Shown: one piece after another, positions 53,881 through 64,000 of the stretch
Position numbering within the stretch: position 1 is the stretch's first letter
Layout of the letters: every line of letters starts with the position of its first letter
Assembly: GCA_964019335.1 (NCBI GenBank)
Contig: OZ025741.1
Span: forward strand, 186,001-250,000
Direction: 5' to 3'
Length of the DNA: 64,000 nt
Origin: Diplonema japonicum
Taxonomy: Eukaryota; Protista; Euglenozoa: Diplonemea
Notes under the pieces: model-generated
Database searches by the model: none
What the model saw: the letters and a program-made list of their open reading frames with translations, nothing else
What the model was told of the DNA's origin: nothing
Position numbers and translations under genes: made by a program

Positions 53881-56800
53881 TCAAGCAAGCACATCATCAT
53901 CACCACCAACACCGCTTTTCAGCTCCACGGGCTCCTCCTGCGAAAAGGTAGTGAACCCCGCAGTCTGTCTATAAGGCAGCACCGTTAACCGCAACACCCG
54001 ATGCACGAAGAACCCCAAAGACATAGTCAGCATGCCCCAACCATAAATGTTAAACGCCCAAGAATAAGAAGGCCGTGTTATCAGCCGCAAAGGCCCGGTA
54101 AGGAGGACGAGCCCCCCACCGTGCATGGCATCACGTGCGGACTCATCAAGAAACCAACATCCGTACTCCAAATCTGCTAAAGAAGCAGCATACGACCACG
54201 TTACAAGAAGCATGACCCACGAAACCACCATCGTCCCACAGGCAACAAAAACCAAAAACTGAGAGTTGAAGTACAAATGCACCAGTGTAACAACCACGCT
54301 TAAGCCGAGAAACACTACACCAATGACGATTATCCCGCTGATGATTCGCATGTCTGTAGCTAATCCGCCTACTGGACACACATCTTCAAGAGGCCTGCAT
54401 TTCGCACCTTTATCAAAGGGGAGCTGTCTGGTCGAAGTGCACTGCGACCTCGTGTAGCTTTTTAGCGGTGTTTGCAGTCCAACCACTCGTACAGAGGAGG
54501 CGTGTTGATAATCACCGTTGTCTAGCAATACCAGTGTTTTACCTGACGGTAGGAACATCCCGCTGGGGGGCTTGGTGTTCATATCCTGTATCTTTCTCTT
54601 TGTCATGATAGTCACGTTGTGCTCTGCGAGGTTCACGGCCGACATGAGCGGGTGGCCCGCAAGGGATTCTATTCGTGCGTTGTCCCATGTGCCTTGTTGG
54701 TCGGTTCCTGTCTCGGTGGATATTTCCCATAATGTGTTTGAGGGTTGTTCCCATATAATTAGTTTCCCTCCTCCTGACCATGCTCCTACGGAGACGGTGC
54801 CTTCTTCGTTTTCCAACAAGAACACCTTCTGTACCTTCGCTACAGGGTTCTCGGCGTCTGATACGTCGTATTCGTAGCACCGTGCAACATTGGACCCCTT
54901 CAGTACGCTTGTCCCTGTGCATGCTACGAGGCGTTCTTCTGATGCAGCCGCGATGATGGCGAAGGGTGACTGCAGGTCTTGCTCCACCACCGTGCTGAGG
55001 ATGAAGCCCGATGCGTCCCACAGTGTGATGACAGCGGCGGTGGCGTCGCACGCTGCGAACACCCCCTGCCTCAGTACTGTCATATCCTTCGGAAGGAACC
55101 TGTTTCTGTACGCTGAAAAGTCAGCTGGTACCGCCTGCGCAGGGCACGTTCCGTTGACAACATCCCACCCATCCTGTCCCACCACCATGGCGCTTGTGTC
55201 CGTTGGCAACATGAACAAAGTTTCATTCGTGGCCTCCATTTTAAGTGTGCTCCACGCTTGTAGCGCGAGGCTACCATTGGTGAGGATGCGTACTGTGGCG
55301 ACCCCTGTCTGCAATGGGGGCACGTTTGGGACCACGAAAAGACTGCCTTCCGTGCTTTCACATGGCATACCAAGGACTCCTCCTGTGGTTGCGTAAATAT
55401 CTCCTTTGCATCTGTCGAAAGCAACAGCACCGAAACCCTTGGCCGAATGGCACAAGGGCCCGTCACTGCAGGCACCGTTGCACCCAGCACAGTTGAGGGG
55501 CTGCTCGCTGACGCTCATGGGAGGGAAGGTGTGCTTCCTCCCGTCGCCGAACATGTTGTTGTAAGGCGTCTCTTCGGTGGACTGGAAGTTGTAGACGACA
55601 CCGCCCGCCTCCTGCTCCCGAACTTGGAAAGTGAAGTCGTCCACTGCTGCGAGGCATTGCGCTTCATGGTTGGGCTGCTGTGCACAGGACGGGAGCTGCG
55701 GGCAGAAGGTGGTCCAGGCGTGGGAACGACAACCAAGTGCAGTGCATGTATCCCATGCCTCACGGTAGCTCACAGACGGGTTTGTGCACAGACCCTCTGC
55801 ACAGCTGATGGTGAAGTTGAGGTCGCAGACAGGCGGCAGGGTGGCCACAGGGTGCCCTTCGCCCAGCCCGTCGCTGCACGCCTCCCACAACCCGAACCCA
55901 TACTCCGGTCTGCCACGGCGTTCTTGAGCGTATCGCATCCTCCTCCATTGGGACGTGGGCACGGCCAGCAGCATCCCCAAGAACGCCAGCAGCGCAAGAC
56001 CCCATGCAGCACCGGACTGCGGCCACGGCACTACGTCGGCTGCTTTGGCTTGCTCATGTTTCTCCTTAGCCCTTAGCTCATCGACGTCGACCTGGTCCTG
56101 CTTCAGATCACCGCCCCATAACTGCACGAAGTTCGGGAGCTTCCTCCCACAGCACGTAGACGCCCGAAGGATGGAACCTTTTGGGAGCAGGTCTGCTCGA
56201 TTACGTCTGACCCAGATGAAGGCGGCAAGCGAAGATAAGAAGAGGAGGAGAGGGATGCCGACGGAACAGAGAACGACAAACCCGCCCAGCGAGAGGACAA
56301 TAGTGAGGACGGGGATGACGAGGAAGCAGGTGAGGATGTAGACGAGGGGAAACCAACGGAGGTTGGATGCGGTGACTCCGAGAAACTTAGCGAGATTAAG
56401 TGGGACGGGACGGAGGGGCCATACCACAAACCACAAGACAGTGCCGAGCGCGTTGAAGAAAACATGTTCGAGCGCAACACGCATCCCTATAGAGAGGTTG
56501 TCCCCGCTGAGCGCGGATAAGACACCAGTCACTGTCGTTCCAATGTTTGCACCATGCGTCAGCGCTACGAGCTTTTCCACATGAATGAGCCCAATGCCCA
56601 CCAATGGTGTCAAGGTTGACGTGAATACAGAGCTGGACTGGACCAATATAGTGCACCCCGTTCCGAAAAACAGAAGGATGTAGTTGTCAAAACCTCCACA
56701 GGACCGCAGGATGGGATGTTTGAAGTCGATGTTGAGAAAGTACCGCGTCCAGGAAGCTACCTTTCCCTTCAAAACAGATTGGAGCAGCTTGACCAACAGA

Positions 56801-57837
56801 AGCAAGCACGTCGTGAGCATAGAAAGCGAGACAAATAGAAGCAAGATACCCGCGGAGGAGTCGGAGAGAGGGGTGTCGCGAAATACATGGCCAGATTTTT
56901 GTTTGATCATGGTTTGTGATTCGAGGGTAGCGAGCTCATCGGAAGAACCGGCCTGCGCGATTTTCTCGATCAGCTTGCTGTCAACGGAAACGACGCGGCC
57001 TGTTGCAGGGTGGGTTATCTTTTTGAGGAACTCGACTTTTCCTTGTTTTTCACCTTCTAAATTCATGGAATCCACGGCTGCACCAGCTAGTTCCATTAAA
57101 AACTTCGAAGAAACTTCTAAAGGGAGGAAGATCCCTACTGTGAGCCAGTTAAACATATCGTGAAAAACCGCACCAGTGAATGCCCTGCGGTATTCACTGG
57201 GGGAGTTTAAGTGCGCGATTGACACTAAGGTATTCGTCACAGAAGTACCTATGTTTGCCCCCATTACCAAGTATGCCGAGTCCTCGACCGTGATGAGGTT
57301 AGAAGCCGCCATCGAGATAACTATGGAGGTTGTTGTAGAGGATGACTGCATCAAGACTGTGGCGAGGATCCCTATGGTTAGACCGGAGACGGGGTTGCTC
57401 AGGAGAGAACTGTTACGCAGAGTTCTGCCCGATGAACGACCGGATATAATTTTAAAGGCATTTCCCATCAAACCCAGGGATATTATAAACAGGTACAAAA
57501 CACCCCAGATTGAAACGAACTTCACGATGTTCACTGCTATCGCTTCGTACCTCTCGATCCCTGATAATGGTATGTCGGTTGTTTCGCCTGTCAGTGTTTT
57601 TAGACCCCACAGGCCTTCTCTGTTACTCTCGCCTTTCGAGGCGAGATCGAGGCCTTTGAAAACCTTCTCGCATTCCGCTTCTCCCTTCAGTTTCTGGTCT
57701 TCTTGGTCCCCCAGGAGGTCTCTCCCCATCGGGCTCTCTTTAAACTCGAAATAATCCACTGCCCTTGACTCCTGAGCATACCACCTTTTGACCGTTTTCC
57801 ATTGGTCATAATTACCCAATGTGACCAACGGCTCCAT
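53881..57837 (-). CDS. SLC34A: SLC34/NptA-type Na+/phosphate cotransporter fused to a claudin/amastin-like domain (1318 aa)
   Basis: Two inverted-repeat signatures QSSSTTTS...MGANIGTSVT and QSSSVFTS...GANIGTTVT, followed by a ~720-aa extension. Confidence 0.92.
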   Translation of the reverse strand: MEPLVTLGNYDQWKTVKRWYAQESRAVDYFEFKESPMGRDLLGDQEDQKLKGEAECEKVFKGLDLASKGESNREGLWGLKTLTGETTDIPLSGIERYEAIAVNIVKFVSIWGVLYLFIISLGLMGNAFKIISGRSSGRTLRNSSLLSNPVSGLTIGILATVLMQSSSTTTSIVISMAASNLITVEDSAYLVMGANIGTSVTNTLVSIAHLNSPSEYRRAFTGAVFHDMFNWLTVGIFLPLEVSSKFLMELAGAAVDSMNLEGEKQGKVEFLKKITHPATGRVVSVDSKLIEKIAQAGSSDELATLESQTMIKQKSGHVFRDTPLSDSSAGILLLFVSLSMLTTCLLLLVKLLQSVLKGKVASWTRYFLNIDFKHPILRSCGGFDNYILLFFGTGCTILVQSSSVFTSTLTPLVGIGLIHVEKLVALTHGANIGTTVTGVLSALSGDNLSIGMRVALEHVFFNALGTVLWFVVWPLRPVPLNLAKFLGVTASNLRWFPLVYILTCFLVIPVLTIVLSLGGFVVLCSVGIPLLLFLSSLAAFIWVRRNRADLLPKGSILRASTCCGRKLPNFVQLWGGDLKQDQVDVDELRAKEKHEQAKAADVVPWPQSGAAWGLALLAFLGMLLAVPTSQWRRMRYAQERRGRPEYGFGLWEACSDGLGEGHPVATLPPVCDLNFTISCAEGLCTNPSVSYREAWDTCTALGCRSHAWTTFCPQLPSCAQQPNHEAQCLAAVDDFTFQVREQEAGGVVYNFQSTEETPYNNMFGDGRKHTFPPMSVSEQPLNCAGCNGACSDGPLCHSAKGFGAVAFDRCKGDIYATTGGVLGMPCESTEGSLFVVPNVPPLQTGVATVRILTNGSLALQAWSTLKMEATNETLFMLPTDTSAMVVGQDGWDVVNGTCPAQAVPADFSAYRNRFLPKDMTVLRQGVFAACDATAAVITLWDASGFILSTVVEQDLQSPFAIIAAASEERLVACTGTSVLKGSNVARCYEYDVSDAENPVAKVQKVFLLENEEGTVSVGAWSGGGKLIIWEQPSNTLWEISTETGTDQQGTWDNARIESLAGHPLMSAVNLAEHNVTIMTKRKIQDMNTKPPSGMFLPSGKTLVLLDNGDYQHASSVRVVGLQTPLKSYTRSQCTSTRQLPFDKGAKCRPLEDVCPVGGLATDMRIISGIIVIGVVFLGLSVVVTLVHLYFNSQFLVFVACGTMVVSWVMLLVTWSYAASLADLEYGCWFLDESARDAMHGGGLVLLTGPLRLITRPSYSWAFNIYGWGMLTMSLGFFVHRVLRLTVLPYRQTAGFTTFSQEEPVELKSGVGGDDDVLA

Positions 57838-57886
57838 AAACCTTGAAGAGTTGTGTGTTGTGCGAGTTCAAAAAAAAGAAAATAAA

Positions 57887-59865
57887 TATGGGTAAAATTC
57901 AAAATAGGGGTACAGAATTTAGCCCTTTTTTGGATTTGGCCATAAAATGACCTAAGGTGAGGAAGAACACCTCACGGTTGTCACCAAAACCACCCTGTGG
58001 GCCCATTCCTGGGTGACAACAGTGATAGGCGCACGTATTTTGGGAATATTTCCCTGTTTTTGTGTGTTTTTGGGCCCTTTTTGGGACTTGTCAAGAACGG
58101 ACAGATTTTCCTGTTTTTCGTAGGTGCGCCAAAAAAATGGAAATAATGGAAAATACATGTTTCAAAGTTGAGTGGGGGTGGGTTGTACCCAGAGGTGTCG
58201 TAGGGTGTGAAACATACCATTTCCACACCCTGGGGGGGTCATTTTATGAATCAGAAAAAGAACTGGAAACCCCTGACACCCCCTGTCACCCCCCCTGTCA
58301 TAGGGGGGCACCCCTGACACCCCCTATGACAGGGCTCAGAACACCGTCTTTTTGACATGTTGCATGTCAAAACACCATATTTTACCCCAAAAACACCGAA
58401 ACACCACGGATACCACCCCATGGGGCCCTTGAAAACATGTCTAAAGTCGACTTTGCAATCCTGGAAGGGGAGCGGTTTATGGCCAAAACTCAGGTACAAA
58501 AGCGCCAGTTTTGCAGCTTGAAAACAGAGGAGATTGAGGAGTTACGTAAGACATGGAAACTGGACAAATCGAGTTGCACATTAAGAACACAACACTCTTA
58601 AGAAAGGCTGGAAAGAGGTTCAGGTGCTTCAAGCGCAGCCACACAACAGAAGGTTGCGCATTGTCTCGAGAAGGTTCTGTGCCGTCAATAATGAAAGTCC
58701 GTCTGAAAACAATCGCAAACAAGGTGCAACACTCCACGGCCTGCAAGGCTTGCAGCTGGGTATAGTAACCCCATTTAGCGAACGGACCAGAAACAGTGGT
58801 TCCACTCGTCAGATAGTGGACCAGACAAAGCAGCTGCTGAGCCAGCTCGCTGGAGGAGAAGATGAGGTGCTGAAGCTGGTGATCGAGGCAGTTGGGAGGG
58901 TAGCGCTATGGGAGCACCTTGTTGGAGACCTCGGAGCCTTTTTTTCAGATTTGAACGTACAGCAAAGGCGAGACGTTTCCTCGATCCTTTCCGAAGCCTC
59001 TTGGTCGAAGCCAGAGCTGTCCCGAGTGGTGACGGTCGGGCGAAAGCTGTTTGAGAACAAGAGTGAGACAGTTGGTGCGGCTGGCCGCCCCAGCGTGTTA
59101 ACACCTGTCATCAGGGCAGAAATTGCTGCCGACCTCTACGACCAATCATCGTCGACGTCGACAATTTGTCGCAAAGCGACCAAGGAGGGGGACCCAGTCG
59201 TCTTTCGCAACCTGGGCCACGGGTGGGGATCGTTGTACAATTCTTGTCCGTCTGGGAAAATGGTGGAATACAAAACGTGGCGGTCAGCTGCACCCCCCGA
59301 ATTCGTACATCGCAAACGACGCACATTTGTCTGTGACTATTGTCTGGAAGCAAAAAACAGACATCTTTCCATTCTTCGCGTGCTTTCTACTTGCAATTCT
59401 AGTATCACACTGGATAGTACAGCCAGCGTATCGCAGATGCGAGATAAGCCCGCCGAGCTTCAAGACATATCAAAATCGACAAGTCTGGAAGACTCCCCAG
59501 ATGAAGATGACGAAGATAGTGGCAGTGATAGTGACGATTCTTCGACGGACGCGCAAGGAAAGGTGTGGAACGTGTTTTGCGCCGAAAGCGTGAGAGGTTC
59601 GAACGGGCTTTTGAAAAGGGGGAATCCAGTGTCCAAAAGAGAAAGGCCGAAAAGGAGAAAAAGGGGTCAAAAAAAGCAAAAAAATAGGGGGGGGGGAAAT
59701 GTATTCACCCATTTTAGTGGTTCTCCCACCCCCCCCCCCCCCCCCCACTTGGTTCCTAAAATCTGTGATGGCGAAAACCACCCAGAAACACCCCGGGAGG
59801 GCGTGGAAAGACATCAGGGCAATCCAGGGCTAAATTCTGTACCCCTATTTTGAATTTTACCCATA
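57887..59865 (+). mobile_element. TIR DNA transposon (39-bp perfect TIR, 4-bp TSD), Sola-like, internally deleted
   Basis: tatgggtaaaattcaaaataggggtacagaatttagccc inverted at both ends; TAAA on both sides; internal ORF with LYNS...YKTW...P...RRTFVCDYC resembling a Sola N-terminal region; no DDE core seen. Confidence 0.8.
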
Positions 59866-60153
59866 TAAAAAACGGAAGGGGGAAAGGGGGGAATGATTTT
59901 CTCTGGACCGCTGATTTCCTTTTTTTTTAATTAGGAGAGGATAAAGAGGGGGGGGGGATAAAACTGAAAGAAGACTACGAGTTCCAACAGATTAGTCCCC
60001 CCTCTTCTCTTCTCCATTTCAAAAAAAAAAAAACTTGCAATAAAACAAAAAAACAAAAAACATAAATCTTGATAAATTTTAAATCCTTTTTTTTTTTTTT
60101 TTGTCTTCTTTCCACACACTTTTTTTTTTTCCCCTTCTTCCTCTCTCCCCCCC

Positions 60154-61530
60154 TCATGCACTCCCATAGTACGAGAGACGGAACAGCATCGCCCGACCAC
60201 GGTCATTGCCTGGAGTGATTTCTTTTTTTTTTTTTTTTTTTTTTTATCCCATACCCATGCAAAGCATCCCAGACGAAGGCGAAAACGCCATGCACGTCAC
60301 TTTCCTATAATAATGGTTCACCCTGGGGAAGTTTGAAAACGTGGTCAACGTGGGCACGTGCACGAGCCTCGCCGCGTTCTTCTTCTTCATGGACCCGACA
60401 CACAATATGTCCCCCGTCGGGTTGAACTCGGCGAACGTCGCCTCTGTCACCAACGACATGATAGATTTTCTAGGAGCGGGGGCAAGGGATAAAGGATCCG
60501 TGGGCCAAACAGACGGCAAGTCGTACACGTTGACAACACCGTTTGAAGAACCCACAGCATACTTACCAAAGGTGACGTCCAGCGAAGTTATTTCTCTGGA
60601 ACCCTCGTCCTGGTGGATCCTCAGAGGCCTTCGCGTCGTCCTTGCATCCCACACATACACCTTTGACCCCCCCGACGTAAAGAGCTGTGTTGGGTCAGTA
60701 GGATGGAAGCAAACTGCATTACACGGCCCATCACCTTTCACAGTGAATTTTGTAGTTTGTGTAGCCATTGAGACAACATGTGTGGCGCCGGTTTGAGAAG
60801 CGAATGCAACGGTGTTCTCGTGAGGGGAGAATGCGAACACGGAAAGGTTCCTTTCCGGCTGCCCGAACCCCTTTATCATGTTGATCTTCACCGACTCGAC
60901 ATCGACTATGGAATAGTACGGCCTCGCGGCCGTGCACAGTATCTTGGTCCCGTCGGGGCTGAATTTCGCGTTTCTCAATGGCATGTCTTTAAACCTGATT
61001 GTTTGCAGTTTTGTCGATGTGGTCCCGTCTGTTTGAAACAGTCGCAGCCTGTAGTCTGGTGATGCGGTGAGAAGGATGTTCCCACTGGGGTGGAAATTGA
61101 CTGCCGATAGCGCTGCTTCTGAGTACTCGTTTTTGTTACCGTCTTGGAGGAGCTGGTAGTCGAGGGTGCCTGCGGGGAGTGCCTTGGTGCGGTCCACCAT
61201 GGAGTCCGTGGTTTGCATCACTGCTTTCATGTCCTCTTCGTCACTGATTTCGCTCGCGGAGTCGTCGTCTGCTTCGGGTTTCTCGACGGCCGCCCAGTCG
61301 AAAGCCCTTTTCTTATTGCTCTTGGCGGTCTCATCGTCGTCCCACAACCTCTTCCTGCTCTGGGTTTCTTCTTCTTCTTCTTCGCTTTCGTCTTCGGGTT
61401 CGGTTTCAGGCTGGTCCTCCTGCTGCTCCTCCTGCTGCTCCTCCTCTACCTCCACCACCTCTTCCACCACAGGCTTTGCTGCCGCTCTTTTCCGCACCAT
61501 TCTCCGCCTCACTACTCTTTTACCCGGCAT
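60154..61530 (-). CDS. UTP18: U3 snoRNA-associated WD40 protein UTP18; exons 61530-60255, 60209-60154 (443 aa)
   Basis: AVNFHP, LRLFQTDG, RIHQDEGS, AVGSSNGVVNVY, KKNAARLVHVPTLTTFSNFP and a spliced C-terminus GNDRGRAMLFRLSYY. Confidence 0.93.
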
Positions 61531-61878
61531 GGTGATATATATTTTTTTTGTTTATTTGTGTGTGTGTGTCTTTTTTTTTTTTTTTTTAAGGTTCGTCGGT
61601 TCCGGGAGGAACAAAAACAAAAACAAAAAACAAAAAACAAAGAAATCATGGATCAGAGTCCCCCGCGAATGCTCAGATGGGGGAGGGCACCATATGATCC
61701 TATAATTGCGCCTGCGGGGCACTATGCTCTTGGATGACTCCTGACCGCGGCGTGTTTCTAAGGAAGAAAAAAAAGAAGAAGAAAAAAAAAAACTTACACA
61801 GAAGATAAAAAAAGGGGGGGGGTGGATAAAGGTGGGGTGTACTAGAAGAAGGCAAACAAAAACAAAAAAAAGATGGTT

Positions 61879-64000
61879 TTAAACCCTTGCACTGTGCGCG
61901 TTCCTGATCTGTGTAAGACCAGTGAGCGCACGCCTCACACGGCTCTGCGTCGTGAACCTCGTCAGCTTTGCAAAGAAGATGCCAAGGAGGTTCTGAGAGT
62001 GCCTCGAAGCGAGGAAAGCGGCGGCGTTGTTAGCGGTCTTAGAGCTGGCTTCACGCTCCTTCCGTACCCTGTCCTTATAATAAGCTGTAGTTGAGAGGAG
62101 GGTGCTCTTCAAGGCGTCCACCTGCTTGCGGAAGGGAGCAAGGAGGTGGTAAGAGCGCAGCTTGCTGAAGTACCTTCCCTGAAGAGTAAAGAAGGCGGCA
62201 CGTGCCATCTGAGTGACCTTACGCCTTTTCATGACCAGTTTGATGAGCAACGCGAACGAATATCTAAGAATAGTTTTCTTCGTGGTTAGTAAGACAGCCT
62301 CGCAGGTTCTTGTCCGGACGGCTCGGGAAGACAATTCCCTTCGCCTTCTCCGTTTTCTCTTGGCCACAGCGGCAGCGAGGGCTTCGAAGGTGGTTTTAAG
62401 CTGTATTTTTCCGATTTTTTCCATCAGTAAACCTGAAACCATCCGCGCCCGGATTCGTCTGGCGTGGTGCATCCTCCATCTCCTGAAGGTCACCGCCCTC
62501 AGCACTCCTCTCGATGCCTCGAGAATCGACTTCAGCTTTACAAAGTACCTCTCCGTGCTCGTTTTATTTTTGAGCCCCTGCAACATGGCCCTGCACCGCC
62601 CGTACCTGGACACGTGTGAAAAACCTTTCAGTTTTGTGTAGCACCTCCTCACCAGGTCCATGTTCCTTGTTCTGTTCATCGCGAGCTTGCGGTAATACCT
62701 TCTCAGGACCCCAGTGGCGCATGTGTTGGATTGGTAGAGGGCTACGGATATTGTTCTTCTGCGGGTTCTGATGGTCTTCACCCATTTCACCCATCGTGTG
62801 TAACCCCATTTTAACAGGTTTACAAGGCAGTTTTCATGCATTGAACGGGAGACCATCGCCATCCTCCTGGTTTTCTTCACGGTCGCGCCCCATTGGCCCC
62901 AGCTGTGGAACCGTTCTCTGAGCAGGGCCGCGTGCGAGCTTTCAAGGATTCGGGCGGTGGTGGTTGTGTTACGTTTGTTCGCGGCAGTGAGGGTAGTCCA
63001 TTTGGAGAAGATCGACAAGAGGCACCGTTTTTCGTTGATCTTGACAAGGTTTTCCGCAGTTTTCACATTTGTCTTTCGGGACACAGACCATCGCAACCAC
63101 TTGCCGTACCCTTCCTTGGCAAGGGTGTTTCTCGTGACGGCGGCGAGACCTCTCGCAGCGGTCCCACGATGCCGCCTCACAACACGATAGAGAGAGATCT
63201 TACGAAACGAAGCAGAGATCAATGAAGCACGTGACCTCGCCGTGAGGTGGCTTAGAGATACCTCACGAGCAAGAAGGGCTGTCCTCCGTGAGACCAACGT
63301 GTTTTGGGTTAAAACGTGGCTTAGCAAGGTTGTGAACCTTGAAGAAACCAATTTCTTTTGAGCTTGCGACGCCAAGGCACCCGCGGCTTTGTGCTCGAAA
63401 TGGTTCTGCCGGGATTTCTCATGGTACACGCGAAGAGCTTGGAATCTACTTGCCATCATCCCGCACAGCACACGGCGCTGAAGTTCTCCAGCGGTTTTCC
63501 GCTTTGCGTGTGCAAGATTTCTTCTGACCAGCAATGTCTTGAGCCCATCCATACCGTGCTGTAGGACCTCGCGGTGTGCCCGCTGCAGGATTGTTGCGGT
63601 TGCGATTTGTGATTTCTTTCTGATCCTCACCCACGTCTTCCATGTTTCCAGCCTGTCGCGGCGAATCGCCTCCCAGGACTTCCTCTCCAGAACCCCGCAA
63701 CACTTCTCAAAGAATCGCTTCCTCATAGCCCACCGCCTCCACACATCATAAAAGCCCTTTCGTATCCTATACACAGTAACCCTCGAGAGATGCGAGGCGA
63801 TACGACACACAGCACTTCTTGAGAACGCGAAAAACTTAAGAGTGTAAAAGTACCGAAGCAGCACGGCACGGTGGGATGCACCGCGAAGCGATGTTGAGGC
63901 GCGGGCCAGCCTGTATCTCCGGCTGGAAAAGGATTTCATAACGGTGAAGAACCGGTGCAAAAAAACGCGGCGGGAAGAGAGGGAGAGAAAACGAGCGGTG
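61879..64000 (-). CDS. Sfi1-like (centrin-binding) basic helical repeat protein, 5' part outside the window
   Basis: Frame open to the window end; periodic L+...F/Y..W repeats; very Arg/Lys-rich. May have a further 3' exon near 61640-61757. Confidence 0.7.
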   Translation of the reverse strand, partial: TARFLSLSSRRVFLHRFFTVMKSFSSRRYRLARASTSLRGASHRAVLLRYFYTLKFFAFSRSAVCRIASHLSRVTVYRIRKGFYDVWRRWAMRKRFFEKCCGVLERKSWEAIRRDRLETWKTWVRIRKKSQIATATILQRAHREVLQHGMDGLKTLLVRRNLAHAKRKTAGELQRRVLCGMMASRFQALRVYHEKSRQNHFEHKAAGALASQAQKKLVSSRFTTLLSHVLTQNTLVSRRTALLAREVSLSHLTARSRASLISASFRKISLYRVVRRHRGTAARGLAAVTRNTLAKEGYGKWLRWSVSRKTNVKTAENLVKINEKRCLLSIFSKWTTLTAANKRNTTTTARILESSHAALLRERFHSWGQWGATVKKTRRMAMVSRSMHENCLVNLLKWGYTRWVKWVKTIRTRRRTISVALYQSNTCATGVLRRYYRKLAMNRTRNMDLVRRCYTKLKGFSHVSRYGRCRAMLQGLKNKTSTERYFVKLKSILEASRGVLRAVTFRRWRMHHARRIRARMVSGLLMEKIGKIQLKTTFEALAAAVAKRKRRRRRELSSRAVRTRTCEAVLLTTKKTILRYSFALLIKLVMKRRKVTQMARAAFFTLQGRYFSKLRSYHLLAPFRKQVDALKSTLLSTTAYYKDRVRKEREASSKTANNAAAFLASRHSQNLLGIFFAKLTRFTTQSRVRRALTGLTQIRNAHSARV

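Noticed and set aside
61640-61760. GC-rich island downstream of the Sfi1-like ORF as a terminal exon or ncRNA
   Set aside because: Several splice phases are possible and none can be preferred from sequence alone.

Overview
Eukaryotic nuclear DNA with long A/T homopolymer tracts and one 200-N gap (35001-35200). Every supported host gene lies on the minus strand, as in a polycistronic unit. That layout, short GT-AG introns and TPAPD-repeat proteins suggest a euglenozoan, probably a diplonemid (inference only). Recognisable genes: DUF4291 protein, Cdc20/Fizzy-like WD40, DsbA-like thioredoxin, fold-III PLP decarboxylase (LysA-like), SET-domain protein with a signal peptide, IQ/coiled-coil protein, PP4 catalytic subunit (4 exons rebuilt), SLC34 Na+/Pi cotransporter with a claudin/amastin-like C-terminal fusion, UTP18 (2 exons) and an Sfi1-like protein. 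Intergenic DNA and introns hold many mobile elements: two near-identical 5'-truncated non-LTR retrotransposons, a diverged third fragment, pogo, piggyBac and Sola-like relics, MITEs, and two families with an asymmetric inverted repeat plus a terminal hairpin. The best candidate for a new system is a ~310-nt short retroposon in 4 copies. Its 5' end folds into an HDV-like self-cleaving ribozyme, and its 3' end (ATCG then oligo-T, not poly-A) is shared with the LINE and other short inserts, all co-oriented with host transcription. All alignments and folds were done by eye; homopolymer lengths may be unreliable.
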